A DNA stretch of 64,000 bases from positions 28,212,001 through 28,276,000 of the forward strand of contig NC_086108.1 of NCBI RefSeq assembly GCF_963921235.1, given 5' to 3'. The notes under the pieces were generated by a model. The model saw only the letters and a program-made list of their open reading frames with translations. It searched no databases and was not told where the DNA came from. The translations under genes and the position numbers were made by a program. Below are positions 23,425-36,759 of this stretch, in pieces (position 1 is the stretch's first letter; each line of letters begins with the position of its first letter). Source of the stretch: Mobula hypostoma. Taxonomy: Eukaryota.

Positions 23425-23570
23425 GTGACCTTGGACATGCTACAGTACGAGAACATTGCTGTGCGCAGAGTGCTGAAAAGTGAAGAGAGCCTCGTGAAGT
23501 TGTTTGGTGTCCAAAGCTTCCCATCCTGCTACCTGTACTTCAATGATACCAGCCACAGAGCAGCCTCAGT
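23425..23570 (+). CDS. QSOX1: QSOX1 internal coding exon
   Basis: Acceptor cccccag|GTG and donor GT|gtacgt; 146 bp; VTLDMLQYENIAVRRVLKSEESLVKLFGVQSFPSCYLYFNDTSHRAAS; in phase with the previous exon. Confidence 0.93.
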
Positions 23571-24189
23571 GTACGTACGTCTCTCCTTTCAGCCAGCGCG
23601 GAACACGGTCCCTGTGTCATTGCAACAACTGAGATGCTGGAGCAACTCTGCGGGTCAGGCAGCATGTATAGAGAGAAATGGACAGCTGACTTTCGTTCCC
23701 CTTCATTTGGATTAAAAGGTAGAGGGGAGAAGGTTTCCAGCCTTTCAGTCCAGATGAAGGGTCTCAACCAAAAGCCCACATTTCCCTCCACAGTTACTGC
23801 CTGACCCACTAAGTTCCTCTTGATTGTTGCTCGAGTTTCCACCATTTGCAATTTGTTTTTGTACCTCTATGTCATTGTCCATTCAAGCTTGATACCATTG
23901 GATTTGTTACCCTATGATGAGGGATAGATAGAAATGAATATTAATTACTCTACATTATTATGCCCCTCTACATCAATCGTGCCCGTGCCCACCCAGGCCA
24001 TCCTTTTGTTCCGCCAGCTAGCCTGTTTGGGAGACCTAAACCAGGCCACAGCATTCATACATGGAATGATAGAGAGAGTTGGTATGGAAACAGCTTTGAG
24101 GCCTGTGAAGTGTGCACTGACTATCAGGTATTTACACTCATCTTGTATTATTCCCATTCTCCCCAACTTCTCTCTCATTTTACACTCAC

Positions 24190-24392
24190 TAACTCACTCA
24201 GGGCTATTTACAGTTACCAATTAACCGATCAACCCTCATGACTGTGGGATGGAGGAAGAAATCAGAGCACTTGGAGGAAATCCATGCAAGCACAGGGAGA
24301 ATGTACAAACGTCACACAAACAGTCCCCGTGTCAGCATTAAACCCAGGACACTGGCACTGTTAGGGGCAGCTCTACTGGCTGCACCACTATA
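24190..24392 (-). mobile_element. tRNA-derived V-SINE-like element
   Basis: gaagaaatcagagcacttggaggaaatccatgcaagcacagggagaatgtacaaac, reverse complement of the V-SINE core; related copies near 21700, 32450, 38200, 44350, 54560, 57080 and 59960. Confidence 0.65.
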
Positions 24393-25967
24393 CACTCAGT
24401 CTGCTGGTGCTGTATTCAAATGACATTTCCTTTGTTTTCTGTCCCCCTATGGATCACACCGGAACCAATTGGCCACTTGATCACGTTAGAAAGACAAGGC
24501 ATTGGGTTCTCCAACATTCCTGGGTTGGCCTGGCATCTCTGAAAGATACACCAGAGCAGGAGATTGAACTGCATGCCTTTGGACGTTAAGCAATCTGCTC
24601 AATATCGATTCATCTGACAACATTAGGCAAAAATAGCTATCTCTTAACTGGGACTTTTTGAAGAGACTGTAGCCTTTGATTTAAAACTTTACTAAAGACA
24701 TTTAAAGACACCATTGGAAGAGGTTAATTGCTTAATTATAAAACACATTCATTTTAAATTGTTGAATGCCAAAATTCATTAATTTCAGTTTGAACATGGC
24801 AGTTGTAATTACTGAGAAGCAAATGTCAATGAAATATTTTATCAGTAAGTTCTTGTTCAGCCTGCAGAATGGCAGATGGGCTATTCTCAATATCGTGCAC
24901 CAACAGCGCAGCACTGCTAACACTGAAAGTACCCTGATATTGTACTTCTTTTAATAATATCTTCTTACTGAACCCCAGATATATTAATTATACCAGTTGC
25001 AAATCTCTCTCGAGTTGTAGGAACAGCAGAGAGAACACCAAATATTTTCCAAGGGAGACAGTGCTTCACAGATATTCCTTTCCTTGTGCAGTAGAACATT
25101 TCACTTCCATCCTAGTAGGTAGAAGGGTCCCTAGTTTAACTTCTCATCCTGCAGTTGGGCACTCCTCAGGTACTACATCTGCAGCCAAGTTGAGCTTGTG
25201 TGTCTCTAGAGTGGGGTTTCAAGCCAAATCTTCCTGACTCAAACATGACAGATATGGATTTGTCTGGGTATCCTGGCTGACTTGACTGATGTTCTCTAGT
25301 ACCACTCCTTCACAAAAATGAAACCTGAAGGGAGCTACAAGTTCTACTTCTGGGCCAGTTTCTTTGTGGTTGTATTATCTGCACATTGTATGAACCCCCT
25401 TTGAAACTGCAATTTCTCTCATTGAATCCCCCTCAACAAAATACCTCCTTACATTTTATTTCTGTCTTTTACATAACACTTAAAGTGTTGTCAGAAAGCG
25501 CAATGGATGTGAGACTAATGTCCCTGGTATTTGGAAGAAGAGAATGTTTATGTTATAGGCTCTCGAGAGCACAGAATATTCCAGATTTTGAGCTCAAGAG
25601 TTTACTTCAATTGTAGGGGACCTGAGGTTCACGAGTCACACTGCATAGTGGTGCTGAACTGGAAAAAGTAGCAAATGGTCTGAAATAGATAAACATAAAT
25701 TTTTAATAAGCTAGAAAATGAAATCACCAGCTTTTCACTGGTGAAGTGTGTATTCCCCCGCTTTTGAGTGTTTTCATCCCTTGAACAATGTGGATAGGTG
25801 TTGATGTCGTGGTGTTATAAAATGTCTTTTTTCATGTTGCTGTTCAGGGCACCTGTACCATTTGAGAGAAACACAGAGGTAAAAATGAATAGAAGTTTTC
25901 AACAATTGTGAGACCACTTGGTGCTGTTTACTATTTAGGAAAATAGTTCACATTCCCTTTCCAAAAG

Positions 25968-27675
25968 ATGTAGGAGAATTAGGCCATTTGGCCCATCGAG
26001 TCTGCTCTGCCATTTCATCCTGGCAGATCCAATTTTCCTCTCAGCCCCAATCTCCCGCCATCTCCCCACATCCATTCATGCCCTGACCAATCAAGAATCT
26101 ATCAACCTGTGCCCTAAATATACAAAAAAAGCTTAACCTTCACAGCTGCCTGTGGCAAAGAAGTCCACAGATTCACCACTCTTTGGCTAAAGAAATTCCT
26201 CCTCATCTCCATTCTAACAGGATGCTCTTCTATTCTGAGGCTGTGTCCTTTGGTCTAGACTCTCCCACTATAGGAAACATTCTTTCCATATCCACTCTAT
26301 CAAGGCATTTCATCATTTGATAGATTTCAATGAGGTCATCCCACATTCTTCAGAATTCCAGCAAACACAGGTCTAGAGCCATCAAACACTCTTTATCTGA
26401 CAAGCCATTCATTCCCGGAATCAATTTCTTGAACCTCCTTTGAACCCTCTCCAGTTTTAGCACATCCTTTCTCAGATAAGGGGCCCAAAACTGCTCACAA
26501 TGCTCCAAGTGAGGCCTCACCAGTGCTTTATGAAGTCTCAACATTACATGCCTGCTTTTATCCTTTAGTCCTCTTGAAATGAATGCTAAGATTGCATTTG
26601 CTTTCCTCATCACAGACTCAACCTGCAAATTAACCTTTGGGGAATCCTGCATTAGGACTCCCAAGTACCTTTGCACCTCAGTTTTTATGTATTTTCTCTT
26701 CATTTAGAAAATGAAGAGTGCATGACCATACACTTTCCAACAGTGTATTCTATCTGCCATTTCTTTACCCATTCTCCTAATCTGTCTAAGTCCCTCTGTA
26801 GCCTCCCTACTTCCTCAAAACTACTTGCACCTTCACCTATCTTCATATCATCTGCAGACTTTGCAACAAAGCCATCAATTCCATCATCCAAATCATTGAT
26901 ATATATTGTAAAAAGAACAGTCACCAGCAGCCAGCTTGAAGAGGTTCCCTTTATACCTATTCTTTGCCTCCTGCCAATCAACCAAGCTAGAATCTTTCCT
27001 GTGCCTCGTTCCTGTAATGCCATGGGCTTGGCTTGTAGCTTGTTAAGCAGCCTCATGTGTGGCACCTTGTCTAAGGCCTTTTGAAAATACAAATACACAT
27101 CAACCGATTTTTCTTTGTCTATCCTGCTTATTATTTCTTCAAAGAATTTCAACAGATTTTGTCAGGCAAGATTTTCTCTTGAGGAAACAATGCTGACTAT
27201 GGCCTATTTTATCATGTGCCTCCAAGTACCCTGAGACCTCATCCTTAATAATCGACTCCAACATCTTCCCAACCGTTGAGGTCAGACTAACTGGCCTATA
27301 GTTTCCTTTCTTCTGCCTCTCTCCCTTCTTGAAGAGTGGAGTGACATGTGCAATTTTCCAGTCTTCTGGAACCATTCCAGAATCTGGTGATTCTTGAAAG
27401 ATCATTAATAATGTATCTACGATCTCTTCGGCCATGTCTTTCAGAACAATGGGGTGTACGCCATCTGGTCCGGGTGACGTATCTACCTTTGGACCTTTCA
27501 GTTTCCCAAGAACCTTCTCTTTATTTATGGTAACTTCACACACTTCATGACCCCTGACACCTGGAACTTCCACAATAGTGTCTTCCACCATGAAGATGGA
27601 TGCAAAATACTTATTCAGTCCATCCCCTATTTCATTGTCCCCCATTACTACCTCCCTAGCACTGTTTTCCAATGG
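25968..27675 (-). mobile_element. CR1 LINE, RT half with frameshifts and 3'UTR
   Basis: SPGPDGVHPIVLK, WKIAHVTPLFKKG, NYRPVSLTSTVGK, FQKALDKVPH, KSADDMKIG, LVRPHLEHCEQFW. Confidence 0.92.
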
Positions 27676-28185
27676 TACAAGATCTACCCTCAGTTTCCCA
27701 TTCCCAATCTGATGAGCTTTGAATATTGATTGACCTCATTTCTGTCTCAGGCCATAATGGTAGCAACATAAAATAGCTATTTAAAGCTAGCAGTGGAAAA
27801 TAAATATTTGCATTCTCAATTGGCTCACTATTCCTACACCCCTCCAAAGGGACACTGGTTTCTGACACATTTCTGCTCTCAATTAGTTTTCACTTAGTGC
27901 TGTTTCATTCATACTTATCCCTTTAACAGTTGGGTGTCAGTGCTCAGTGGTACTGTAAGTCCTTTGCTGTGATGAGAGGCTTATAACTCAAAAAGTCAAC
28001 ACAACACTGTGTGCCTGGGGATATGTTTTGATACAGTGTATCTGTATCTGTGTTTCTGAATGTTTACTTGAGTGTCAGTCTTTGGATTTATGAATGTGTT
28101 TTTATATGAGCAATTATGTCTCTTACTTGTGATGTAGACCTGTACTTCTATGCATGTTTTATGTGTACTTGTGTGTACAACAGAG

Positions 28186-28689
28186 TGTATGTTCATGGTC
28201 TTCTGCTCCTGTAGCCTATCCACTTCAAGGTTCGATGTGTTGTGCATCCATAGATGTTCTTCTGCACACCACTGTTGTTTGTTTGAGTTACTGTCACCTT
28301 ACCATCAGCTTGAACCAGTCTCGCCATTCTCCTGTGACCGCTCTCATTAACACAATGTTTTCACCCACAAAACTGCCACTCACTGAATTTTTTTTTTGTT
28401 TCTCTCCCCATTCTCTGTAAACTTTATAGACTGCTTTGTGAAAAATCTCAGATCAGCAGTTTCTGAGATGCTCAAACCACCCTATCTGGCACCAACAAAT
28501 TACTCTATGGTCAAGGTCACTTCAATCACATTTCTTCCCTAATCTGATATTTGGTAGGAACAACAACTGAACCTTTTGGCCATGTCTGCATGCTTTAATG
28601 CATTGATTTGTTGCCGCATGATTGGCTGATTAGATAATTGTATTAATGAGCAGGTATACAAGTATACCTAATAAAATGGCCACTGAGTG
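28186..28689 (-). mobile_element. Tc1-like DNA transposon deletion derivative
   Basis: Terminus CACTCAGTGGCCATTTTATTAGGTA next to TA; remnant of the N-terminal helix-turn-helix region of a Tc1 transposase; same family as 35186-35690. Confidence 0.8.
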
Positions 28690-28719
28690 TATGTATCCAT
28701 GTGATTGATATATGCATTG

Positions 28720-28720
<1 letters not shown>

Positions 28721-28755
<35 letters not shown>
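28721..28755. repeat. (TG)n microsatellite
   Basis: About 17 TG units. Confidence 0.95.
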
Positions 28756-28758
<3 letters not shown>

Positions 28759-29404
28759 CACACGCACCTACCTGTGTTTTATGTATGCGTGTCATTTTAG
28801 ATGCACATTTAAGTGTATGCATGTCTGTGCTGTATACATGTGCATCAGTGTTCGGTTGTGCCAGTTTGTTTTCCCTTTTTCTTCCAATTGTCCTCACAGT
28901 GCTTCATCAGAAGGCACAGACTACTACAGAGCCTGTTCTTGATCTCTTGCCAAAACTGCCAAGGAGCCAGATGCCAGGAAGCATTTGACAGCAGACTGCT
29001 TTTCAGCTCCTGCTGTATGCAGAGAACAATTGTCCTCAGCTCAGTGCCAGCTCTGGTGGGGGGATCCAGGAGCTGTTGGTGCAAAAGGGTGGAGGCTGTA
29101 TTCCGAGCCTCATTCACTGTGTAACAAGTTGCCAGTGCATTGCTGGCACCTATACCACTCTGCAAAATCGACAGCAGTCTTTCAACTCTTTTGAGTTACT
29201 GGCTGTGGAAAGGAAAGTCCTGGCTTGTTGCCACCTCCAGTGCTAGCAGTGCTATCTGCAGGCCACAGGGAGTAAAGCAGGCAGAAAGGAACACTTAAAA
29301 GAGTCTTAGAATGAGCCTCATTGGTATTGCTCATAGTCACCATATGGGGGAGTCAGAGACAACATTATACTTGTCTGTTCGCCACTGAAAGCCACATGGC
29401 ATCA

Positions 29405-30150
29405 CAATCAGATTTGGGTTTAATATCACTGGCGTATATCATGAAATGTTTTACGGCAGCAGTACAGTGCAATACATAATAGAAAGCTATAAATTATAAT
29501 AAGAAATTATATAAAACTTAAATAAGCCTTGCAAAGAGAGAGCAAAAACATACAAAAATAATGACATGGTGTATATGGTTTCAGTGTCTGAAGGCGAGGT
29601 GAGGGGAAGAAGCTGTTCCTAAAGCATTGGGTGTGTGTCTTCAGGTTCCTGAATCTCCTTAGTGGTAGCAATGAGAAGGGGGCATGTCCTGGGTGATGGG
29701 GGTCCTTAATCATAGTTGCCACCTTATTGAGGCATCCCCTTTTGAAGGAGTCCTCGATGCTGGATAGACTAATGCTCATGATGTAGCAGGCAAGGTGCAG
29801 TTTACAACTTTCTGCAGCTTTTTCCAATCATGTGTAGTAGCCTCTCCCTACCAGACGCTGATGCAACCAATTAGAATGCTCTCCATGTTACATATGTAAA
29901 ACTTTGCACGAGTCTTTGGTGACATACCAAATCTTCTCAAACTCCTCATGAAATATAGCTACTACCATGCCTCCTTTGCAATTGTATCAATATGTTGGGC
30001 CCAGGATAGACCTTCAGAGATTTTGACGCCCAGGAACTTGAAACTGCTCACCCTGTCCACTGCTGATCCCTCAGTGAGGACCGGTGTGTGTTCCCTCCAC
30101 ATCCCCTCCCTGAAATCCATAATTATAGTATTCTTGACGGTTGTTTGAAC
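29405..30150 (-). mobile_element. Rex1/Babar-like LINE 3' fragment
   Basis: IKDPHHPGHAPFSLLP..RFRNLKTHTQCFRNSFFP. Confidence 0.75.
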
Positions 30151-30314
30151 ATGGATGTCAACCGTGGATCATTTGACAATACACTCACCTCCAAGTGCAA
30201 GGCCCAGTGCAGAGTTGGGCTCAAAATCTAGGCAGCTGGTAGATATTGCTCCTTCTGCTATTAAAAGAATTCTGTGCTCTTGTCCAGATAGGAAAGGTCC
30301 AGTTATTGCTCAAA

Positions 30315-31490
30315 ATCAGAATCAGATTTAGTATCACTGGCATATGTCATAAAATGCATTAACTTTACAACAGCAGTACTACGAAATACGTGATAAATAA
30401 ATATAGATTAAAAAACTGACTTACATTAAGTATATATACGAGGGTGATTGATAAGTTCGTGGCCTAAGGTAGAAGGAGTCAATTTTAGAAAACCTAGCGC
30501 ATTTATTTTTCAACATAGACCCCTCGTACATGTGTACACTTAGTCCAGCGGTCGTGGAGCATACGGATCCCTTCTTTCTGGAAGTGGTCCACAGCAGGGG
30601 TGATTGATAAGTTCATGGCCATAAGGTAGAAGGAGATGAGTTATTAACTTCAAACTTTCTTCATTATCACTCAAAGAGTTGAACTGCACGTGCATGTAAT
30701 GAGAGTGTCTTGGACCTCCAGGTGGTCCACAGCAGGGGTGATTGATAAGTTTGTGGCCTAAGGTAGAAGGAGATGCGTTATACAGCTCTCATTACATGCA
30801 CATGCAGTTCAACTCTTTAAGTGATTATGCTGAAAGTTTGAAGTTTCTCCTCAACTCCGTCTACTTTAGGCCACGAATTTATCAATCACCCCTGCTGTGG
30901 ACCACTTCTGGAGTTCCATGACGCCAACTTCTACAAAGAAGGGATCCGTATGCTCCACGACCACTGGACTAAGTGTGCACATGTACGAGGGGTCTATGTT
31001 GAAAAATAAATGTGCTAGGTTTTCTAAAATTGACTCCTTCTACCTTAGGCCACAAACTTATCAATCACCCCTCATTATGTCTATTAAATGGTTAAATTAA
31101 AATGAGTAGTGCAAAATGAACAGAAATAAATAAGTAGTTCATGGGTTCAATGTCCATTTAGAAATTAGAGGGGAAGAAGCTGTTCCTGAATCAATGAGTG
31201 TGTGCCTTCAGACTTCGGTACCTCCTTCCTGATGGTGTGAAGAGGGTATGTCCTGCATGATGGAGATCCTTAATGATGGATTCCGCCTTCCTAAGGCACC
31301 GCTCCTTGAAGATGTCTTGAATGCTTTGGAGGCTCGCGCCCATGATGGAGCTGACTAATTTTACAAGATTCTTCAACTTATTTTGATCTTTGATCCCCCC
31401 CCCCCGCTGCCCCATTCCAGATGGTGATGCAGCCACTCAGAATGCTCTCCACAGTACATTTGTAGAAGTTTTCAAGTGTTTTAGTCAAAA
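30315..31490 (-). mobile_element. Rex1/Babar-like LINE 3' fragment interrupted by the mariner MITE
   Basis: IIKDLHHAGHTLFTPSGRRYRSLKAHT; tail aatcagaatcagattta. Confidence 0.7.
30439..31074. mobile_element. Palindromic mariner-derived MITE
   Basis: TA|CGAGGGTGATTGATAAGTT terminus; inverted arms of about 135 bp; right arm encodes the mariner transposase C-terminus FYKEGIRMLHDHWTKCAHVRGVYVEK*. Confidence 0.88.
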
Positions 31491-32084
31491 ATTGATATCT
31501 CTCAATCAATAATATTGAAATTGATCATGGTTGAAATTCAATTGCATAAAGCATTTCACTGGAATAAATCAAATATTTCACTGGAATAAAACTTCATTGT
31601 AAACCACTTCCGGGCTTATTTGCACCATACCTGAAATTCATCCAGTCAGTTCCAGCCCCAAGTTTCCCTATCAGCACCACTGTACGTGAAATGATGCTAT
31701 TCCCTGTGGAGCATTGTGAAGAATTTGGCACAGGTTGTTCAGGGAGTGACTGCCATAAGATATTCTTGGGATAGTTGGGTCTTCCCAGTACAAAGTTTGA
31801 TTGGGAAGCACGTCCCTTGCTTGCCTTGCATTCTTCTGACTACTCGCCTGACTCTACTCCTTCTATGATCATCAGCTTTATTGCTAATCCTCTGATGCCG
31901 AGGGGCTGCAAAGAGCTGAGAAGGGATAGAAACATAGAAACATAGAAAATAGGTGCAGGAGTAGGCCATTCCTGATGTTAGTCACTGCAGGTTTAGCCTT
32001 GTAGTATACAGGCTAGCAGAGTGGTGAAGCTGGGAGAACTACTGCCCTACAATTCCACAGACCTGAGTTTAAGCCTGACCTTCA

Positions 32085-32440
32085 TAAGCACATAAGATAT
32101 AGGAGCAGGAGTAGGCCATCTAGCCTATCAAGCCTGCTCCACCATTCAATAAGATCGTAGCTGATCTGACCATGGACTCATCCCCACCTACCTGCCTTTT
32201 CCCCATAACCCTTAATTCCCAAACTATGCAAAAATCTAAATCTGTCTTAAATATGTTTACTGAGGTAGCCTCCACTGGTTCATAGAGCAGAGAATTCCAC
32301 AGTTTCATCACTCTTTGGGAAAAGCAATTCCTCCTCATCTCCGTCTTAAACTTACTCTCCGAATTTTGAGGGTATGTCCCCTTGTTCTAGTCTCACCTAC
32401 CAGTAGAAACAACTTTCCTGCCTCTGTCTCATCCATCCCT
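32085..32440 (-). mobile_element. CR1 3' end
   Basis: RRNCFSQRVMKLWNSL and 3'UTR ggcctactcctgctcctatatcttatg. Confidence 0.8.
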
Positions 32441-32739
32441 TTCAGTGATGTCTGTGGGGAGTTTGCATGTTCTCATTGTGATCATGGGAGTTTCCTCCAA
32501 ATGTTCCAGTTTCTTCCCACATCCCTAAAATGTGCAGGTTGATAGGTGACTTGGTCACGACAAATTAACTCCAATATGCAGGTGACTGGTAGAAGGGGTG
32601 CTGATGGGAACTTGGGTAGAGTAAAATGCGTTTGGGTAGGATTAGCTTATGTAATAAAATGTGCAAATGGATTCAAAGACTTGCATTTATATATCACCAT
32701 TCGTAAACTCAGGATAATGAACTGTTTCCGAAGTTTGGT

Positions 32740-33605
32740 ACAAGAGGATTGGACAAAGAGCTGAGAAATGGAATATAAAATAGGAAACTCCTAACTGGTC
32801 CATTTCACAATAAAATGCAGAAGCTTTTATCTAAATGTGAAGAGATTGCAGAGCCATCTAAGTGCTCTTGCGCAGGAATCTCAAAAGGATAGTTTGCAGC
32901 TATGGCAAGTAATTTGGGAACTGGGCAAATTTGTTTATTGCAAAGGAAATTGAATACAAAATAACAAGGTTATAGTTAAGTTAAAAGGGGAACTAGTGAG
33001 ACCTACCTGGAGAATTCGGTGCAATATTGGACTTTTATGTTAGGGCATTGGAAAATATTCGAGAAGGGCTCACTGGACTAACTCTCAGAAAGGTTGTACA
33101 GGCCAAGATTGTAGCTCAGAGAGTTTAGAATAGTAAGAAGTAACTTGATTGAAACAAGTATGATCCTGAATGATTCTAAGGTGGATACCAAAAGAATATT
33201 CCTTTGTGTGAAAGAATCAAAAACTAGAGATCACCGTTCAAAACTGCGAGATTTCCCATTTAAGGCTAAGGTGAGCTGAATGGTGAGAGGTTTCTTGAGT
33301 TAAAGCATAATATAGCATGGATGCAGGTCCTCTGGTCCAACCAGTCAATGCCAATCACGCTCACCCACCCAGCTAGTCTCAATTTCCCGTGTTTGGCCAA
33401 TATCCCTCCCTTTTAAAAATCATGTATTAATAAGGCAGAGAAAGCATTGACATTGAATATTTTTAAGGCAAAAGTAGATAGATTCTGGAAAAGCAAAGGT
33501 GACTATTGGTAGGAAGGAATTCAGGGTTGAGGTTACAACCAGGTTAACTGTAATCTTAGCAAAGACTCAAAGGTCTGAGTGGCCTACTCCTGCTACTAAT
33601 TGACT
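32740..33605 (+). mobile_element. Old CR1 3' fragment
   Basis: Degenerate RT C-terminus and end gagtggcctactcctgctactaat. Confidence 0.55.
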
Positions 33606-34769
33606 CACCCATTAACAATAATTGATGAGATCCTGGTAGTTCATTTCATTGATGATGTTTGAGGAAAAGCTGACAGAGAGAGCCCTGCCATCCTCTCGTA
33701 CTTCCATACAACTGAGAGATCAAACAGTTTACTGTCTCATCAGAATGACAGCTCGCTTGACAGTACTGCACCTCCTCAACATTCGGTTGGTGTGATGGTC
33801 TTTGTGCTCATATTTATGACTGGAAACCACAACCTTCTGATGTACAGACAAAAGATCTACCACCTGCATTGCAACCGGGAGAAATGGTTTGGTGAAGTTT
33901 GAGGAGTATGGAAGAGATAAATAATAGAGCTTTGAAACTGTGACTCTGTTCGAGATGTGGGGATAGGCAATGAGAATTTTGCAAAGAGAATTATACAGTG
34001 AGAATTTGATTTTCTAGAAGGGAAAGAGTCAAAGTCAGAGACCAGCATTCTTTCTATAGTAAGCTCTCCTGCATTTCCTGTAACCAAACCCGAAATGGTT
34101 AATGTTTCACTGCGTAGAAAATGCACAGTGAGATTGTGTGATTCTCCTGCACAATAGGAAGATGTTCCAAACTGTTGCATGAAAACAATAGCATTTTTCT
34201 GGGTGACTGAAGTGAGGCAACTGGTGCGATCGGCGAGTTGAGTGACGAGCAGATGGGACATTTGCTTTGTGAATGGATGATTAATACCACGGAGCTGAGT
34301 GATCACGCCGTACAAGGAGCAGTGGGGCAGTGTGCGGAATTGGGGTAAATGGGACGTGCCAGGAAGAATTTCATCAGAGCCTGAGGGACAGATGTGCGAA
34401 GAAGCTAAAGTCAAGTGTAAGCCTGTCCCAGGCCACAGCCTCCCTTTCTGCTGTCTCGCGTGGCAGACGCCAGGGATAATTGGATAGTGCTGATGACATT
34501 ATCAGAGTGCCAGGCTTTCTTCAGAGCAAGTGGAGGGGAAAATTATTTGTGATCGAGTACGAGGCCTCCATCTGCTCACAGTTAAAAAGAGATCCACAGC
34601 CCAGCATGCGTCTTTAAGAGGGGATAAACAGAGCAGTAAATATCAAGCAGCAAGGTCACATAGTTCTAATGGTCAGGGCATGTCTGGGCACTGCTTCTTG
34701 TAAACCTTGAAGACCACCCAGCTATCTTACACCGCCTCCCATTGCTGCTTATCCCTTTGCTCTACAGTT

Positions 34770-35075
34770 GTATGTTTCTCTCGGTTTCTTTCATTCCTTT
34801 CTCCCTGCTTTAACCCTCCTCCATTCCCGTCCATATCTTCTTGTTTTGTTTTTCTGGCACTTACCTTTAATCACTATTTCCCCTTTCTGTCTCTCTCAGT
34901 TTGCCCTAACATTTTTTTTTCTTTTCCTTCCTTTCTTCACAACATTCTCTCTGTTGTTCTTCATTTTTGCTTTTTGTCATTCTCTCTGCCTCTTCTTTCT
35001 TTCTCTCTCTGTTTCTTTTGCTCTCCTTATTTTGCATTCCCTTTCCCTTTCATTTTCATTTTCTTTTCCCATCAT
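34770..35075. repeat. Pyrimidine-rich low-complexity tract
   Basis: T/C-dominated sequence; the F/S/L-rich ORFs here are compositional. Confidence 0.8.
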
Positions 35076-35185
35076 TACTGCCACAAGCGTTGCTCTTAAA
35101 GATCCTTTCAAAATAAATCCTTATTTGAGCATATATCTCCTTTAACCTCAGGTAACTGGGTAAAATGGCAATTACCCAATGAGGC

Positions 35186-35690
35186 ACACTTTAGTTATCT
35201 GCCCTATAGGATGTTGGGACAGACACTGCTCGTTCGTTAAAATATCTAATCAGCCAATCGTGACAGCAATTCAATACGAAGTACATGCAAACATGATCAA
35301 GAAGTTCAGTTGTTCTTCGGATCAAACATGAAATAGGGAAGAAATGTGATCTAAGTGACTTTGACCATGGAATGATTGTTGGTGCCAAACAGGATGGTTT
35401 GTGTATATCAGAAAGTGCTGATCTCCTGGGATTTCTATGCACAATAGTCTCTAGTGTTTACAGAGAATGGTGTGAAAAACAAAAAAAAATCCAGTGAGTG
35501 GTAATTCTGTGGGCAAAAATGCCTTGTTAATGAGAGAGGATAGGGGAGAATTGCCAGACTGCTTCAAACTGACAGGAAGGTGACGGTAACTCAAATAACT
35601 ATGTGTTGCTATAGTATTGTGTGGAAGAGCTTCTCCAAACAACATTGTCCGCAACATTCTTAGTTGTCCTGAAGAGACTTCATACAATTA
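35186..35690 (+). mobile_element. Tc1-like DNA transposon deletion derivative
   Basis: gggaagaaatgtgatctaagtgactttgaccatggaatgattgttggtgcc... = GKKCDLSDFDHGMIVGAKQDGLCISESADLLGF, a Tc1 transposase N-terminus. Confidence 0.8.
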
Positions 35691-36759
35691 GGTGACTTCC
35701 AGAGTCATTTCAGAGACCAGATAAGAATCAACCTTAAAGATATATATTGGAAGTGTCAAGCAAATTAGCTCAAGTGTAAATGAAGTATTTTTTCACTTAC
35801 AGCACAGTTGTGCACCTATTAGTTTATCGCAAACAAGAGGAATTCTGCAGATGCTGGAAATTCAAGCAACACACATCAGAGTTTGATATTAGTTTATTGC
35901 TATATTTTTATTGAAATGGTCACCTTTACTGACATCAAAACAAAAGGCAAAGCTTGTTTATTCTTTAGAATTGGATTGAAATTTCAAACAATGTTATCAT
36001 GACTCTTTCATGGAATTGGTTGTCTGGGCCAACTAATACACCACCGTTAGAGAATCATGGAGTCCTAAAGACAGTAACAGGCCCATCAGCCCATCATTTC
36101 AGTGCAGGATATCAAGTAGCCATCTGCACTGATGCCATTTATCAGCACTTGATCACAGATGCACTTTGGTCAATCAAGTGCTCATCCAGTTACTTCTAAG
36201 TTTAGCAAGAGTACAGGCCTCCATCACCCGCTTAGGCAATGTGCTCCTCCTGGGTGAAAAAGTTCTTCTGTGGGTTCTTTGTAAGCCTATACCCCTTACC
36301 CCTTACCCTAAAGCAGGGGGTCCCAACTGTTTATATGCCATGGACCCTTACCATTAACTGAGAGGACTGTGGAATCCAGGTTGGGACCCTTTTTCCTAAA
36401 GCTATTTCACCTGGTTTTATATATTTTTGTCAGCAGATGAGACAGTGTGATGTATTGCTGTTGATGGTAGTTCATAGATGAAATCCAATGGGAATGGGGC
36501 AGATAATAATTACCTGCATTCCAATCAGTAATGCAAAGATGGGCACTCAAGCAAGACCAAAACAAGAACTATTAGGAGTGAGGATCAATGGCTTGGCCAG
36601 GAGACTCTTTGCACAAAGAGCGAGATGGAAAATCTAAGGGATTTAGGGAGTAATTTCAAATTCTGAGAACTTGGTGACTGCACACCTCACTCTGAGTAAG
36701 GAGACTGCATGGGGGGGGGAGTGGATATACAGAGGAAAAGCAATAAGGTCAGACTTCCA

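Noticed and set aside
33857..34414. 185-aa minus-strand ORF
   Set aside because: No recognisable domain or splice context; a chance ORF is more likely
34707..35145. Hydrophobic membrane-like ORFs (also 39568-40033)
   Set aside because: Products of pyrimidine-rich low-complexity DNA
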